The notes beneath the pieces are model-generated. The model was given only the letters and a program-made list of their open reading frames with translations, searched no databases and was not told the DNA's origin. Made by a program: the position numbers and the translations under genes. 64,000 nucleotides of DNA, taken from Waterburya sp. (GTDB taxonomy: Bacteria > Cyanobacteriota > Cyanobacteriia > Cyanobacteriales > Xenococcaceae). The DNA is taken from the NCBI GenBank assembly GCA_965217895.1, contig CBDCJV010000002.1:2976001-3040000 (forward strand), in the 5' to 3' direction. Positions within the stretch are counted from its first letter, which is position 1, and every line of letters begins with the position of its first letter. This document shows, piece by piece, positions 33,068-43,371 of the stretch.

Positions 33068-33141
33068 TTGGGCTAGGCGGACTCGAACCGCCGACTTCCA
33101 CAATGTCAATGTGACACTCTAACCAACTGAGTTATAGCCCA
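33068..33141 (-). tRNA. trnV: tRNA-Val(GAC)
   Basis: Reverse complement TGGGCTATAACTCAGTTGGTTAGAGTGTCACATTGACATTGTGGAAGTCGGCGGTTCGAGTCCGCCTAGCCCAA. Confidence 0.92.
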
Positions 33142-33433
33142 TTGCTAAATTCTTGATTGATTATATCAAAATAATCTCAAAAAAGCTAGATTTGCCCTCA
33201 AAGCAAGAGTTAGGCATTGAAGGGCAGCTAATTACTCCTCTTGTATTAGTTTGCGATCGCGATCTCTTAATTTTTTGTTTGATAAACCTAGCCGATTTTA
33301 CTATCTATAGTCGACTAATCTCTTTTTGGTGTTTGAACACTGTTTTTAGAACTCAGTCTTAAAGCTGACGATTTTTGCGAGTATCATTGCTTATTATTAA
33401 ACTAACGATAATTATAAAACTTTAATAAAATAC

Positions 33434-34882
33434 ATGACTGCTGATTCCTCTGAATTCAAGAGCTTTAAGAAACTACTAAAAGAGAAAATTCTGTTTGGCA
33501 ATGAACCAACTCCAGAATTATTCGCCATCCTTACGGTTTACTTTGTTCAAGGAATATTGGGATTAGCTCGTTTAGCCGTTAGCTTTTTTCTTAAGGACGA
33601 TCTAGGCTTAACCCCTGCCGAAGTTGCAGCCTTGATGGGCATTGCCTCTTTACCCTGGATTATTAAACCACTGTTTGGCTTTATATCTGATGGTTTGCCT
33701 ATTTTGGGCTATCGTCGTCGCCCCTACCTGATATTATCAGGATTTTTAGGCACTATATCTTGGTTGGCTTTAGCTACCTTAGTTGATAGTGCTTGGACAG
33801 CAACTATAGCAATTTTATTAACCTCTCTTTCTGTAGCAATCAGTGATGTGATCGTCGATTCCTTAATCGTGGAAAGAGCTAGAGAAGAGTCTTTATCTCA
33901 ATCGGGATCGCTACAGTCATTGTCCTGGGGATTTTCTGCTTTGGGAGGATTGTTAACAGCTTATTTTAGTGGATTATTATTACAGCATCTCAGCAGCAAT
34001 CAAGTATTTGAAATTACGGCTAGTTTTCCCTTAATTGTTTCTGCTGTAGCCTGGCTCATTGCTGAAGAAAAGATTACCAAAGACGATTCTGAGCTAAAAA
34101 TCTCTCCTGTAAAGGAGCAAATTACACAGCTATGGAGCGCGATTAAACAAAAGCAAATTTGGTTACCCATTGCTTTTCTATTTTGTTGGCAAGCTACTCC
34201 TACCGCTGATTCAGCATTTTTCTTTTTTAGCACCAACGAACTAGGATTTGAGCCAGAATTCCTTGGTAGAATACGTCTTGTGACCAGTTTTGCCTCTTTA
34301 ATTGGCATTTTTCTGTTTCAACGCTATCTAAAAACCGTACCCTTCAGAAAGATTTTGGGTTGGAATACAGTTATTGCAGCAGCTTTAGGAATGACAACAT
34401 TATTGCTAGTAACCCATGCCAATCGTGCTTTAGGCATCGACGATCATTGGTTTAGTCTAGGAGATAGTCTGATTCTGAGCGTTGTTGGGCAAATTACCTG
34501 GATGCCTGTATTAGTGCTATCGGCTCGTCTTTGTCCTGAAGGAGTCGAAGCAACGTTATTTGCTCTTTTGATGTCTATTTGGAACTTATCGGGATTGTTA
34601 TCCCATGAATTAGGTGCATTACTTACCGCCTGGCTAGGAGTCACAGAAAACAATTTTGATCGGCTTTGGTTACTGGTAACTATTACCAATCTGTCTACCC
34701 TGCTGCCACTGCCGTTTTTAGGTTGGCTGCCTTCAGGAGATCCTCAAGCAGAATCAGCCAAAAAATCGAACCCTGGGGAAGCTCCTATTCATAGTGCAGG
34801 AGGACTAGCAGAATCTGGCATTACACCTAATCTTTTACCTGAATTTGCGGTTAACAAAAGCTTAGAAACAAACCACGATTAA
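33434..34882 (+). CDS. Folate/biopterin family MFS transporter
   Basis: VYFVQG...LPWIIKPLFGFISDGLPILGYRRRPY, ARLCPEGVEATLFALLMS. Confidence 0.92.
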   Translation: MTADSSEFKSFKKLLKEKILFGNEPTPELFAILTVYFVQGILGLARLAVSFFLKDDLGLTPAEVAALMGIASLPWIIKPLFGFISDGLPILGYRRRPYLILSGFLGTISWLALATLVDSAWTATIAILLTSLSVAISDVIVDSLIVERAREESLSQSGSLQSLSWGFSALGGLLTAYFSGLLLQHLSSNQVFEITASFPLIVSAVAWLIAEEKITKDDSELKISPVKEQITQLWSAIKQKQIWLPIAFLFCWQATPTADSAFFFFSTNELGFEPEFLGRIRLVTSFASLIGIFLFQRYLKTVPFRKILGWNTVIAAALGMTTLLLVTHANRALGIDDHWFSLGDSLILSVVGQITWMPVLVLSARLCPEGVEATLFALLMSIWNLSGLLSHELGALLTAWLGVTENNFDRLWLLVTITNLSTLLPLPFLGWLPSGDPQAESAKKSNPGEAPIHSAGGLAESGITPNLLPEFAVNKSLETNHD

Positions 34883-35035
34883 AGAGTTTTCAGGACTTGT
34901 AAAGTTTAAGTAAGAATGAGAAACTAGATGTCAATCGATTAAACCTCTACCAAATTTCTAAATTTTAAAACCTGACAAGTTGTGTTTAACAATTAATGAG
35001 AGAATAAAAAGCTAAATCAACTGTTAGCTGTGAAT

Positions 35036-36220
35036 ATGAGTTTAGATTGGATTAGCCGAGCCGAGCGTTTAGATGCCCTTCCTCCTTATGTATTTGCCCG
35101 TTTAGACGAATTAAAAGCCCGTGCCAGAGAACAAGGACTAGACTTAATTGATTTAGGCATGGGCAATCCTGATGGTGCAGCACCTCAGCCCATAATAGAC
35201 GCTGCGATCGCTGCTTTGCAAGATCCGCTCAATCATGGCTATCCACCTTTTGAAGGTACGGCTAGTTTCCGTCAGGCAATTACGGATTGGTATCACCGCT
35301 GCTATGGAGTTGAACTAAGTCCCGATAGCGAGGCACTACCTTTGATTGGTTCAAAAGAAGGTTTAGGTCATTTAGCAATGGCTTACGTCAATCCTGGAGA
35401 TATTATCCTGGTTCCTAGCCCTTCCTATCCTGCTCATTTTCGCGGACCATTAATTGCGGGTGCCAAGATTCAGCAAATTTATCTTTCGGCAGAGCAAAAT
35501 TGGCTAATCGATCTGAGTTCTATTCCTGAAGATGTAGCTCAAAAAGCCAAGATTCTTTATTTCAACTATCCTAATAATCCGACTACCGCCACTGCACCAC
35601 GAGAATTTTTTGAGGAGGTAGTTGAGTTTGCCCGTCACTACAAAATATTATTAGTTCACGATCTTTGCTATGCAGAATTAGCTTTCGATGGTTATCAGCC
35701 TACGTCGCTTTTAGAAATACCAGGGGCAAAAGAAATTGGGGTTGAGTTTCATACTTTATCCAAAACCTACAATATGGCTGGTTGGCGTGTAGGTTTTGTG
35801 GTGGGTAACTCCGATATTATTCAGGGTTTACGAACTCTTAAAACCAATCTCGACTACGGTATTTTCTCCGCAGTTCAAAAGGCAGCAGAAACTGCTTTAC
35901 AATTGCCCGATGAGTATATTAAGAATGTGCAGCATCGCTATAGCACTAGACGTGATTTTCTAATTAAAGGCTTGGGAGAATTAGGCTGGCAAATTCCTCC
36001 TTCTAAGGCAACCATGTATCTTTGGATAGAAACTCCTGTTGGCAAAGGTTCAACGGAATTCGCCCTTGATGTATTGCAGCAAACAGGGGTAGTTATTACT
36101 CCTGGCAACGCCTTTGGAGATGGAGGGGAAGGCTACGTTAGAATTAGTCTAATTGCCGATTGCGATCGCCTGGGAGAAGTTTTAAATCGTTTTAAAAAAG
36201 CAGGAATTACTTACAATTAA
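35036..36220 (+). CDS. PLP-dependent class I/II aminotransferase (LL-DAP/aspartate aminotransferase-like)
   Basis: DLGMGNPD, NYPNNPT, HDLCY, TLSKTYNMAGWRVG. Confidence 0.9.
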   Translation: MSLDWISRAERLDALPPYVFARLDELKARAREQGLDLIDLGMGNPDGAAPQPIIDAAIAALQDPLNHGYPPFEGTASFRQAITDWYHRCYGVELSPDSEALPLIGSKEGLGHLAMAYVNPGDIILVPSPSYPAHFRGPLIAGAKIQQIYLSAEQNWLIDLSSIPEDVAQKAKILYFNYPNNPTTATAPREFFEEVVEFARHYKILLVHDLCYAELAFDGYQPTSLLEIPGAKEIGVEFHTLSKTYNMAGWRVGFVVGNSDIIQGLRTLKTNLDYGIFSAVQKAAETALQLPDEYIKNVQHRYSTRRDFLIKGLGELGWQIPPSKATMYLWIETPVGKGSTEFALDVLQQTGVVITPGNAFGDGGEGYVRISLIADCDRLGEVLNRFKKAGITYN

Positions 36221-36305
36221 ATCCTCATATCAAGTTCACGTTAAATCCGATGGGGAAAAGTATCTTAAAATTTTGAACTTATTAAACAGCTATCTACTAT
36301 CTATT

Positions 36306-36336
36306 AGTTTGTAGTTTTTGGTTAGTAGTTTGTAGT
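36306..36336. repeat. Heptamer array TAGTT(T/A)G upstream of the four-helix-bundle gene
   Basis: tagtttg tagtttt tggttag tagtttg tag. Confidence 0.65.
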
Positions 36337-36374
36337 AAAATAATATAGTATTATTTTTGTAACTTCATTTAAAA

Positions 36375-36731
36375 ATGCAAGATTTCAAGAAGTTAAAAGT
36401 TTGACAGAAAGCCCATAATTTTACCGTTAATTTATACAAAATTTCTACTAGCTTCCCTACTGAAGAAAAGTTTGGTCTTATCAACCAAATACGACGAGCA
36501 TCGATATCAATAGAATCCAATATTGCTGAAGGATGCGGACGAAATGGTAACAAAGAATTTACTAGATTTTTATATATTGCTCAAGGTAGTGCCAAAGAAG
36601 TAAATTGTCAGATTTTAATAGCGAGAGATTTAGGTTGTTTAACTGAAGAAAAGTCTAATTTTTTGGAAGATAAAATTAATGAAATATCTAGAATGCTAAC
36701 ATCTTTAATTGAAAAAACTACAAACGACTAA
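36375..36731 (+). pseudogene. Four-helix-bundle protein (23S rRNA IVP / bAvd-like) with in-frame TGA at codon 10
   Basis: MQDFKKLKV*QKAH...FPTEEKFGLINQIRRASISIESNIAEGCGR...EFTRFLYIAQGSAKEV...; TGA at 36402-36404 replaces the conserved Trp. Missed by the ORF track. Confidence 0.85.
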
Positions 36732-36776
36732 CTACTAACTACTAACTACTAACTACTAACTACTAACTACCCACTA
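36727..36776. repeat. Heptamer array (ACTAACT) x~7
   Basis: actaact repeated six times perfectly, then degenerate; supplies the stop codon of the upstream gene. Confidence 0.9.
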
Positions 36777-36819
36777 CCTAACAGTTAAGTAACCTACTTA
36801 AATAGAGTTTAGTATCACT

Positions 36820-37626
36820 ATGGATTTAAATACAGAAATTAAAGGACAAGGATACCCTATTCTTTGTTTACACGGTCATCCTGGTTCGTCTTCAAGTATG
36901 TCTGTATTTACCAACTATCTTTCTAGGCAGTACCAAACAATTGCTCCCGATCTCCGTGGCTATGGCAAAAGTCGCTGTAAACAGAGCTTTAAAATGCAGG
37001 ATCATATAACAGATCTTACTGCCTTACTAGACAAATATAATATAGATAGCTGTTTACTTTTGGGTTGGTCGCTTGGTGGTATTCTGGCTCTGGAATTGGC
37101 TTTAGCTATGCCCGAAAGGTTTAAGGGCATAATTCTCATTGCTACTGCTGCACATCCTTTAAGCAGCCATCCTCAACCTACCTGGCAAGAGCAATTATTT
37201 ACTGGTATTGGGGGAATCGTCAACTACATTAAACCAGCTTGGCAGTGGAATATAGATACCTTCTGCAAGCGATCGCTTTTTCGTTATTTAATTAACAATC
37301 ATGCTCCAGAATCATACTATTATTTAGCTACCGAAGCAGTACCAGCTTACTGGCAAACATCAAAAGCAGCAGATACAGCTTTATCTAACGCAATTCGACA
37401 GGGTTACAATCGCCTAGAAGACTTACACCAAATAAAAGTTCCTTGTTTAATGCTCTCAGGAGAATGCGATCGCCATATTACTGCTGACGCTAGCCAAAAA
37501 ACTGCCCAGCAGCTTCAAGACTGTCAGTATATAAACTATCTTCAGGTTGCTCATCTTTTCCCCTGGGAAATCCCAGGCCTAGTTTTAAAAGATATTCAGC
37601 AATGGCTTGAGCAAAACTTTACTTAA
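36820..37626 (+). CDS. Alpha/beta hydrolase
   Basis: LHGHPG, DLRGYGKS, GWSLGG nucleophile elbow, AHLFPWE. Confidence 0.92.
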   Translation: MDLNTEIKGQGYPILCLHGHPGSSSSMSVFTNYLSRQYQTIAPDLRGYGKSRCKQSFKMQDHITDLTALLDKYNIDSCLLLGWSLGGILALELALAMPERFKGIILIATAAHPLSSHPQPTWQEQLFTGIGGIVNYIKPAWQWNIDTFCKRSLFRYLINNHAPESYYYLATEAVPAYWQTSKAADTALSNAIRQGYNRLEDLHQIKVPCLMLSGECDRHITADASQKTAQQLQDCQYINYLQVAHLFPWEIPGLVLKDIQQWLEQNFT

Positions 37627-37852
37627 TAGCTATATTAGCCAGTCAAGCTTGGTTTGGGAGGAAAGAACAGAGAAAATAACCCAAGTAAAATCTTAAACAT
37701 CAATTTGAGCAAGAAAAGAGAAGAAACGCTTTGGTATTTTATTTATGCTAAACACATATCAACTAACAGCATTGCTGATTTTAAATGTGGACTTGAAAAT
37801 GAAACTTTTTTTAATTAATAGATTTGGTAACACATAGATAAAAAATAGTAAA

Positions 37853-37996
37853 TAACGTCAGTTCGGGTTAAGAATATTAATCGGTGGAGGTAGCTATAAG
37901 CTTTTGAAATATTTTCTATGAAACTACGCCATGAAAAAATAGTATTTTTCAAATGCTTTTCTGATAAAGGTTTCTGCTTATCCCGAACTTAGGTTA
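37853..37996. mobile_element. MITE (TAACGTCAGTTCGGG end family)
   Basis: taacgtcagttcgggttaag ... cttatcccgaacttaggtta; homologous inverted copy at 61595-61746; lone end at 32738. Confidence 0.8.
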
Positions 37997-38021
37997 AGTA
38001 GCAAGTAGTGAGTAAAGAGCA

Positions 38022-38347
38022 ATGAAAAAAACAATTAATTTCTTAACTTTGACTGTATTCGTTTTAACAATTCAGTTTTATGCTTCAGAGTCACAGGCAA
38101 CACTGGCTCAAATAAACGTAGACGGAAATGCGAGCGATGAGTTCTTGAATCAAGGAAAGAAACAGAAAGAGAAAGTCAAAATTTAGAATCTGGAAATGAT
38201 GAAATAAAGAACAATGAAATAGATCGCGAGCGACTAAACATAAAGCGTGAACAATTAAACAACAATGGCGAAACAAACCGCCGAGATCGAAACGTTGATC
38301 GACAACTAGAAAGAGAAGCAGACTCTTTCGATAAAATCAGGAAGTAA
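38022..38347 (+). pseudogene. Frameshifted small secreted, charged protein
   Basis: Signal-peptide-like MKKTINFLTLTVFVLTIQFYASESQA..., frame change near 38165, then ERESQNLES...DKIRK*. Confidence 0.5.
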
Positions 38348-38386
38348 TTAGTAATTAATACTTTAAATTTTACTATCAAAAAAATT

Positions 38387-39814
38387 ATGAATAATATTAC
38401 CAATCCCACAGTAATCGTCGGTGGTGGCTTTGTCGGACTGTTTACCGCCTTACATCTGAGCCATCGTCACTATAGCGAGCCTGTTATTCTAATTGATTCT
38501 CAAGATCGGTTTGTTTTTAAACCATTACTTTATGAGCATTTGACGGGGGAGATGCAGAATGAACAGGTTTTGCCCCGCTATGAAAAATTGTTAGAGGGTA
38601 GTAACGTTACTTTCATTCAGGATAAGGCAACAAAGGTTGACCTACAGCAGCGTCGGCTCGAATTAGCTTCTGGATTACACTACGATTACCGTTATCTCGT
38701 TTTAGGGGTAGGTAGTACCCAAGGATATCTTGGTACTGAGGGAGCCGAAGAAAATGCCTTTGCTTTCCGCACGCAAGAAGACACTATGGCATTAGAAAAG
38801 CACCTAAGAGAGTGTCTTCAGCGAGCTAGTCAAGTAGAATCTGCTCAAAGGGATGCTTTGCTGAGTATAGCAATAGTAGGAGCAGGGCCTTCTGGAGTGG
38901 AAATAGCCGCCACTCTCGCCGATTTATTGCCTCAATGGTATGAGAAATTAGGCGGTGACTTTGGCAACATTCGGATTGTGTTGGTCAATCACGGTCAAGA
39001 AATCCTTACAGGAGATGTTAATTCTCATTTACGAGAAACTGCCCTCCAAGCACTTAAAGAGAAGGCTATACCTGTTGAATTAATATTAGGCGCAAAAGTT
39101 ACTAAAGTTACTGGCGATCGCCTGGAATATCAGCTTGAAGGCGAAGAATCAACTAAAACTATCCAGGCTCAAACTACAGTTTGGACGGCAGGTACGGCAA
39201 ATAATCCTTTGCTCAAGACTCTATCTATTGCGGATGAAAATCGTGATAAACACGGCTTGCCTATGGTGACGGACACTTTGCAGCTACCAAATTTTCCTGA
39301 AGTATTTGCAGCAGGAGACTGTGCCGTAGTTAAAGATCGCACCTATCCTCCAGTCGCTCAAATCGCCTATCAAGAGGGAAAGACTATTGCTAAAAATTTA
39401 ATTGCATTATCGCAAAATAAAGAACTACATCCCGTCAATGCAGGTATGCGAGGCACTTTAATGAAGTTGGGTATCCGTAATGGAGTCGCTAATATTTTTG
39501 ATAAAGTGAAGGTTGATGGTAGAGCAGGAGACTCGATCCGTAATCTCACCTATCTAGAAATGCTGCCTACTCCCATACATAACTTTAATGCCACGGCAGA
39601 ATGGCTGAGTGATGAAATTTTTCATCATTATCATCAACCACATCAGCCCGCAAAACCAGGTCAACCAAAGCCAAACAAACGTTTTGCTGGTTTGGCAAGC
39701 ATTGCCGCGGGTGCAATCGCCGCGATCGCTTTAGTCGCTGGAACAAATGCGTTGTGGCGCACTATCCATTCCCCAAATCAACCGCAAGCAACCCAAGAAC
39801 AGCTCGAAAAATAA
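38387..39814 (+). CDS. Type II NADH dehydrogenase-like FAD-dependent oxidoreductase with C-terminal TM tail
   Basis: GGGFVG, FVFKPLLYE, GAGPSGVE, AAGD, AQIAYQEG. Confidence 0.88.
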   Translation: MNNITNPTVIVGGGFVGLFTALHLSHRHYSEPVILIDSQDRFVFKPLLYEHLTGEMQNEQVLPRYEKLLEGSNVTFIQDKATKVDLQQRRLELASGLHYDYRYLVLGVGSTQGYLGTEGAEENAFAFRTQEDTMALEKHLRECLQRASQVESAQRDALLSIAIVGAGPSGVEIAATLADLLPQWYEKLGGDFGNIRIVLVNHGQEILTGDVNSHLRETALQALKEKAIPVELILGAKVTKVTGDRLEYQLEGEESTKTIQAQTTVWTAGTANNPLLKTLSIADENRDKHGLPMVTDTLQLPNFPEVFAAGDCAVVKDRTYPPVAQIAYQEGKTIAKNLIALSQNKELHPVNAGMRGTLMKLGIRNGVANIFDKVKVDGRAGDSIRNLTYLEMLPTPIHNFNATAEWLSDEIFHHYHQPHQPAKPGQPKPNKRFAGLASIAAGAIAAIALVAGTNALWRTIHSPNQPQATQEQLEK

Positions 39815-39928
39815 TCAATTATGCTTAAAGGGTTTATATGTACACAAGCTTACGCCAACCCCTTGATCGCATTTTTAAACTACTGATTTTTCGTTATACT
39901 GCGTAACATCAGTTAATAAAATAGTTTA

Positions 39929-40612
39929 ATGGCAAAAGGCGATCTCGTATACGCATATCGAAACTTGTGGCAGCTAGACGGACTATATAAACATTACGGT
40001 ATTGACTGCGGTGACGGTACAGTAATTCATTACCGTAAGCCCAGTGAAACAATTGAAAGAACTGATTTAGCAACTTTTAGCCGAGGAAACCCTATCTACG
40101 TCGCTGAATATAGTGATGGCTTTGACTACATCCCAGATGCGGTAGTTGAAAGAGCCGAAAGTCGATTAGGAGAACAAGAATATAATTTACTGTTTAATAA
40201 CTGTGAACATTTTGCTAGCTGGTGTAAAACTGGCGTTAGCGACAGCCGACAGGTAAGAAACTTTTTACCCCTTATAAATACGCTAGATACTTCAAAACTA
40301 TATGAACCAATTAAAAACGCCTTGAAAGGTAAAGACAGCAAAACTGCACAACAGCTACTAACTGAATCTCTAATAGATATTAAATCAGTTTGGAATCAGA
40401 TCCAGCCTGAATATCAAAAAGCGATCGCCGAAATACAGGTTTGGGAAAAAGTAGCTAAAAAGGCTTTAAAAAGTAATAGAGAAGATTTAGCTCGTGCTGC
40501 GATCGCCAAAAAGTTTGACTATCAAAAAAAAGCTACCAAATTAGAAATTGAATTAAGTGAACTTGCCGAAATGACCGAAAATATTGTCCGCAATCAACAA
40601 GAATTTAGTTAA
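39929..40612 (+). CDS. LRAT/NC-domain (permuted NlpC/P60) protein with PspA-like C-terminal coiled coil
   Basis: HYGID...VIHY, YNLLFNNCEHFA; C-terminal WEKVAKKALKSNREDLARAAIAKK. Confidence 0.85.
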   Translation: MAKGDLVYAYRNLWQLDGLYKHYGIDCGDGTVIHYRKPSETIERTDLATFSRGNPIYVAEYSDGFDYIPDAVVERAESRLGEQEYNLLFNNCEHFASWCKTGVSDSRQVRNFLPLINTLDTSKLYEPIKNALKGKDSKTAQQLLTESLIDIKSVWNQIQPEYQKAIAEIQVWEKVAKKALKSNREDLARAAIAKKFDYQKKATKLEIELSELAEMTENIVRNQQEFS

Positions 40613-40625
40613 TTGTTTAACCTAG

Positions 40626-40655
40626 GCGTTTGACAAATTTACTTTGTCAAACGCT
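40626..40655. terminator. Hairpin between convergent genes
   Basis: gcgtttgacaaa-tttac-tttgtcaaacgc. Confidence 0.65.
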
Positions 40656-40697
40656 CACGTTCTGTCAGACTCCAAATACTATTAAACTGCATATTAA

Positions 40698-41858
40698 CTA
40701 TGCACTGGCTTCTGCATATACGGGATAGCGGAAAATAGCTAAAGCATCTGTATCTGCTGGCATATCCTCCTCTAAAATATAGACATTGCCACCTTGAAGG
40801 AAAGTTTGAACTACAGCAAAATTGATCAAATCAATACTGTCTTCGGCTGATTCTGTCTGGAATATTACCTTATTTGCCTGTGGTTGAAATTCACCCCACT
40901 TTTGAGCATCGGCAGCGACAAACAGAGTCTCTACCTGTCCATTAGCAGCACCAGTAATTATTTGCTCTAGCTGAGAACTAGCTTCATTCGTATCAGATAG
41001 CTGATGATATTTGTCCATTGCTTGTTGGCGTTGGGCAGCAAAATGGGGTTCAATAATCTCCCAGGCTGAACGATGTAAATCTTCTGTAGCAACATCTTCA
41101 GGATTACCAGTAATTCCTGCTTCTAATAAATTATGGTATGAATTTGCTTCATGGTAGATGGGTAAAAGGTATTCTACTCCAGCTAAGATTAAAGGAGTGT
41201 TTTCTGATTGTAAAGCTGCTTTTAAACCGTTATCTATTTGATCGAAGAAACGTTTTATTTCATCTTTATTATCTGTGGTGCCAACTCCTTGACCATGATA
41301 AATAGGACTATTTCCTGAATTAGCACTATGATACTGAGTCTGTTTTTCGGGATCATCATATTTCAAAGCTTCAGCTAAACTAACTGGAACTGATTCAGGT
41401 AATTGTATTTGATTAATGCTGTAGTGGCTACCCAAGAAAAACTTCACCTGATTTTGGGATAGTGCTAATAAATAAAATTTACTATCGTTAGAAATTATGG
41501 GTAACAAAGGCTTAAGATAAAAGCGATCGCTTACCTCAACTTCTGCTTGGAAACTGTAGGGAAGACGATAATATTGAACATTATCAACATCAATAAAAAA
41601 TGCTAACCCACAATCTTGATGTTGCCAAAAATCATAATCATCTATATAGCTTTCAGCAGATTTTAATGATTTTGCTAACTCTTCTGATTTGTTCAACTGC
41701 TCTATCTTTTGTTCAGCTTCGCGAATTAAATTTTTAAAGCGGATTGTATTTTTTCTAGTTTCTGTTCCCGCCTTTTCAGCAGGCATATAAATAGAAATAC
41801 AGGTTGAGCCAGTTGTTTGAGCTAGCTTTTGAAAATCAGAGCGAGATAATTCAGTCAT
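40698..41858 (-). CDS. Bacterial archaeo-eukaryotic release-factor-like (baeRF3/baeRF7 type) protein
   Basis: CISIYMP...IRFKNL...FW.HQ..GLAFF...LKPLLP...HGQG...PLILAG...GQVETLFV...AIFRY. Confidence 0.75.
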   Translation of the reverse strand: MTELSRSDFQKLAQTTGSTCISIYMPAEKAGTETRKNTIRFKNLIREAEQKIEQLNKSEELAKSLKSAESYIDDYDFWQHQDCGLAFFIDVDNVQYYRLPYSFQAEVEVSDRFYLKPLLPIISNDSKFYLLALSQNQVKFFLGSHYSINQIQLPESVPVSLAEALKYDDPEKQTQYHSANSGNSPIYHGQGVGTTDNKDEIKRFFDQIDNGLKAALQSENTPLILAGVEYLLPIYHEANSYHNLLEAGITGNPEDVATEDLHRSAWEIIEPHFAAQRQQAMDKYHQLSDTNEASSQLEQIITGAANGQVETLFVAADAQKWGEFQPQANKVIFQTESAEDSIDLINFAVVQTFLQGGNVYILEEDMPADTDALAIFRYPVYAEASA

Positions 41859-41958
41859 AAAGATTTTTTAAAATGGTTGGTAACGTCTACTTATATGACA
41901 ACAAAAAAATAAGGCGATCGCATCCTTCTTTCGATAGTAAAAGATAAACAAAGCCAAA

Positions 41959-41988
41959 AAAATAAGGACGTTGATTTCAGCGTCCTCA
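41959..41988 (-). terminator. Rho-independent terminator of the DUF2267 gene
   Basis: Minus strand tgaggacgctgaaatcaacgtcctta followed by a T run. Confidence 0.65.
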
Positions 41989-42030
41989 ATATTTAAACAT
42001 TAAATTAATAGATGTATGATGCTATATTTT

Positions 42031-42885
42031 CTAGGCAGCTTCCCACATATCTTTAATTTTTCCTGGTAAAAACTCACTAACCTGACTAATTTTATCTGAA
42101 GATAATTCCTCTTTGGTAGCTGAAAAAACTGCATCAATCACTTTTTCGGCAGTTGTGCCGCGAGGCACTCCACCTTCTTTTTCGATACGATAGATAAAGG
42201 TATCTGCATCAAACTTTAAAGGCGGACGGATATTACTTAACCAGGCGACTATAGGATTATCATCGTGCCAAAGCTTGGCTATTTCCTCTTGTAGTCTTTT
42301 GTTACTAGCATTTTCCTCTGCTTCTGAGTGTAATTCTGCTTCTACTGCTTTAGATGCTTCGGTGGTCATGAGATCGCGCATGGTGCGATAAACGATAGTA
42401 GTTAAGTCTCTAGCATCAAAAATATCTTCTAATTCACCTCTGAGCATAACCTTCTCTAGAAAAGGCGTGTCTTTAGTAGCAATAGGTGTAGAAGGCCCTT
42501 TGTCTATATCATTTGGGGGATTTTTTTCCATCCGCTCAAGCATTTTTTCCCCTTTTGCGGTAAGTTTTGCTTTTTTAAACTTAATTAAATGAGGTAAAGG
42601 ACCATCGGGTGCGCCAAAAGTGTTGGCAACGCGAAAATCTACTTCTTCTTCATCGATTAAATCGGGTACATCTTCTTGATTGGCGTAGGCATTACCCGAA
42701 AACTCAGCATCAATGTACTGCTTCTGCTCTAAATAATCAAGGTGACCTAAAAAATCAGATATAGTCAAATTGCGCCCCGTAAAGTCTGTAGCTTGAAAGT
42801 CTACAGAGTGTTTTCCACTACCATCTCCTTGATGAATTTTATTAAGCAGGATGTACATTACATCATCTCTTAGAGGTATAGGCAT
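42031..42885 (-). CDS. DUF2267-domain protein with N-terminal winged-helix-like extension
   Basis: FLEKVM...DARD..TIVYRTMRD...AVFSATKEEL...LPGKIKDMW. Confidence 0.75.
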   Translation of the reverse strand: MPIPLRDDVMYILLNKIHQGDGSGKHSVDFQATDFTGRNLTISDFLGHLDYLEQKQYIDAEFSGNAYANQEDVPDLIDEEEVDFRVANTFGAPDGPLPHLIKFKKAKLTAKGEKMLERMEKNPPNDIDKGPSTPIATKDTPFLEKVMLRGELEDIFDARDLTTIVYRTMRDLMTTEASKAVEAELHSEAEENASNKRLQEEIAKLWHDDNPIVAWLSNIRPPLKFDADTFIYRIEKEGGVPRGTTAEKVIDAVFSATKEELSSDKISQVSEFLPGKIKDMWEAA

Positions 42886-43371
42886 ATATTTATTATTCTC
42901 TATTATTTTTTTACCAGGAAGATCTTAATAAAAATATATCAATTGTCGCATCTGCTTTAGGGATAATATTTAGATCTAACTTTAGATAGAGATGTGAGCG
43001 GGTAAAATCTGGGTTGGATTGTCCCTATTGTCTACAACTTTTGATCTGTAGGCTAGTTGAAAAAAGAAATGATCTTATTTTCGTATACCTTCTAACAGCA
43101 TGACCAAGGATTATAAACTACCCTATCTTTAAGCAGGCTACTATAGAGTAATTTGTAATTTAGCTAAAGGATCGATCAGTTTGATAGCAGTTTTTTCGGA
43201 GCTATTTATAGCTGACAACAATAGGATAAGAATTGTTAATGTCATCTTGTATTTGGTTTAAAAAATCTAGCTATTTTCCTAGCAAGCAGTCCCACTCACG
43301 CCTCATGTTTAGGATTGATTTAATTATTGTTCGTTTTTAAATAAACCCCTTTTAAATAACCCTAAAAAAAT

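Noticed and set aside
33153..33362. 69 aa ORF upstream of the folate transporter
   Set aside because: TTG start, spans the tRNA-Val promoter region, no recognisable features.
36402..36404. Selenocysteine or recoded TGA in the four-helix-bundle gene
   Set aside because: The position is a conserved Trp (TGG to TGA, one transition), no SECIS-like hairpin follows, and other genes use TGA as stop.
36727..36776. Tandem repeats as a possible CRISPR array
   Set aside because: 7 bp units with no spacers; no cas genes and no 25-40 bp repeat-spacer pattern anywhere in the window.
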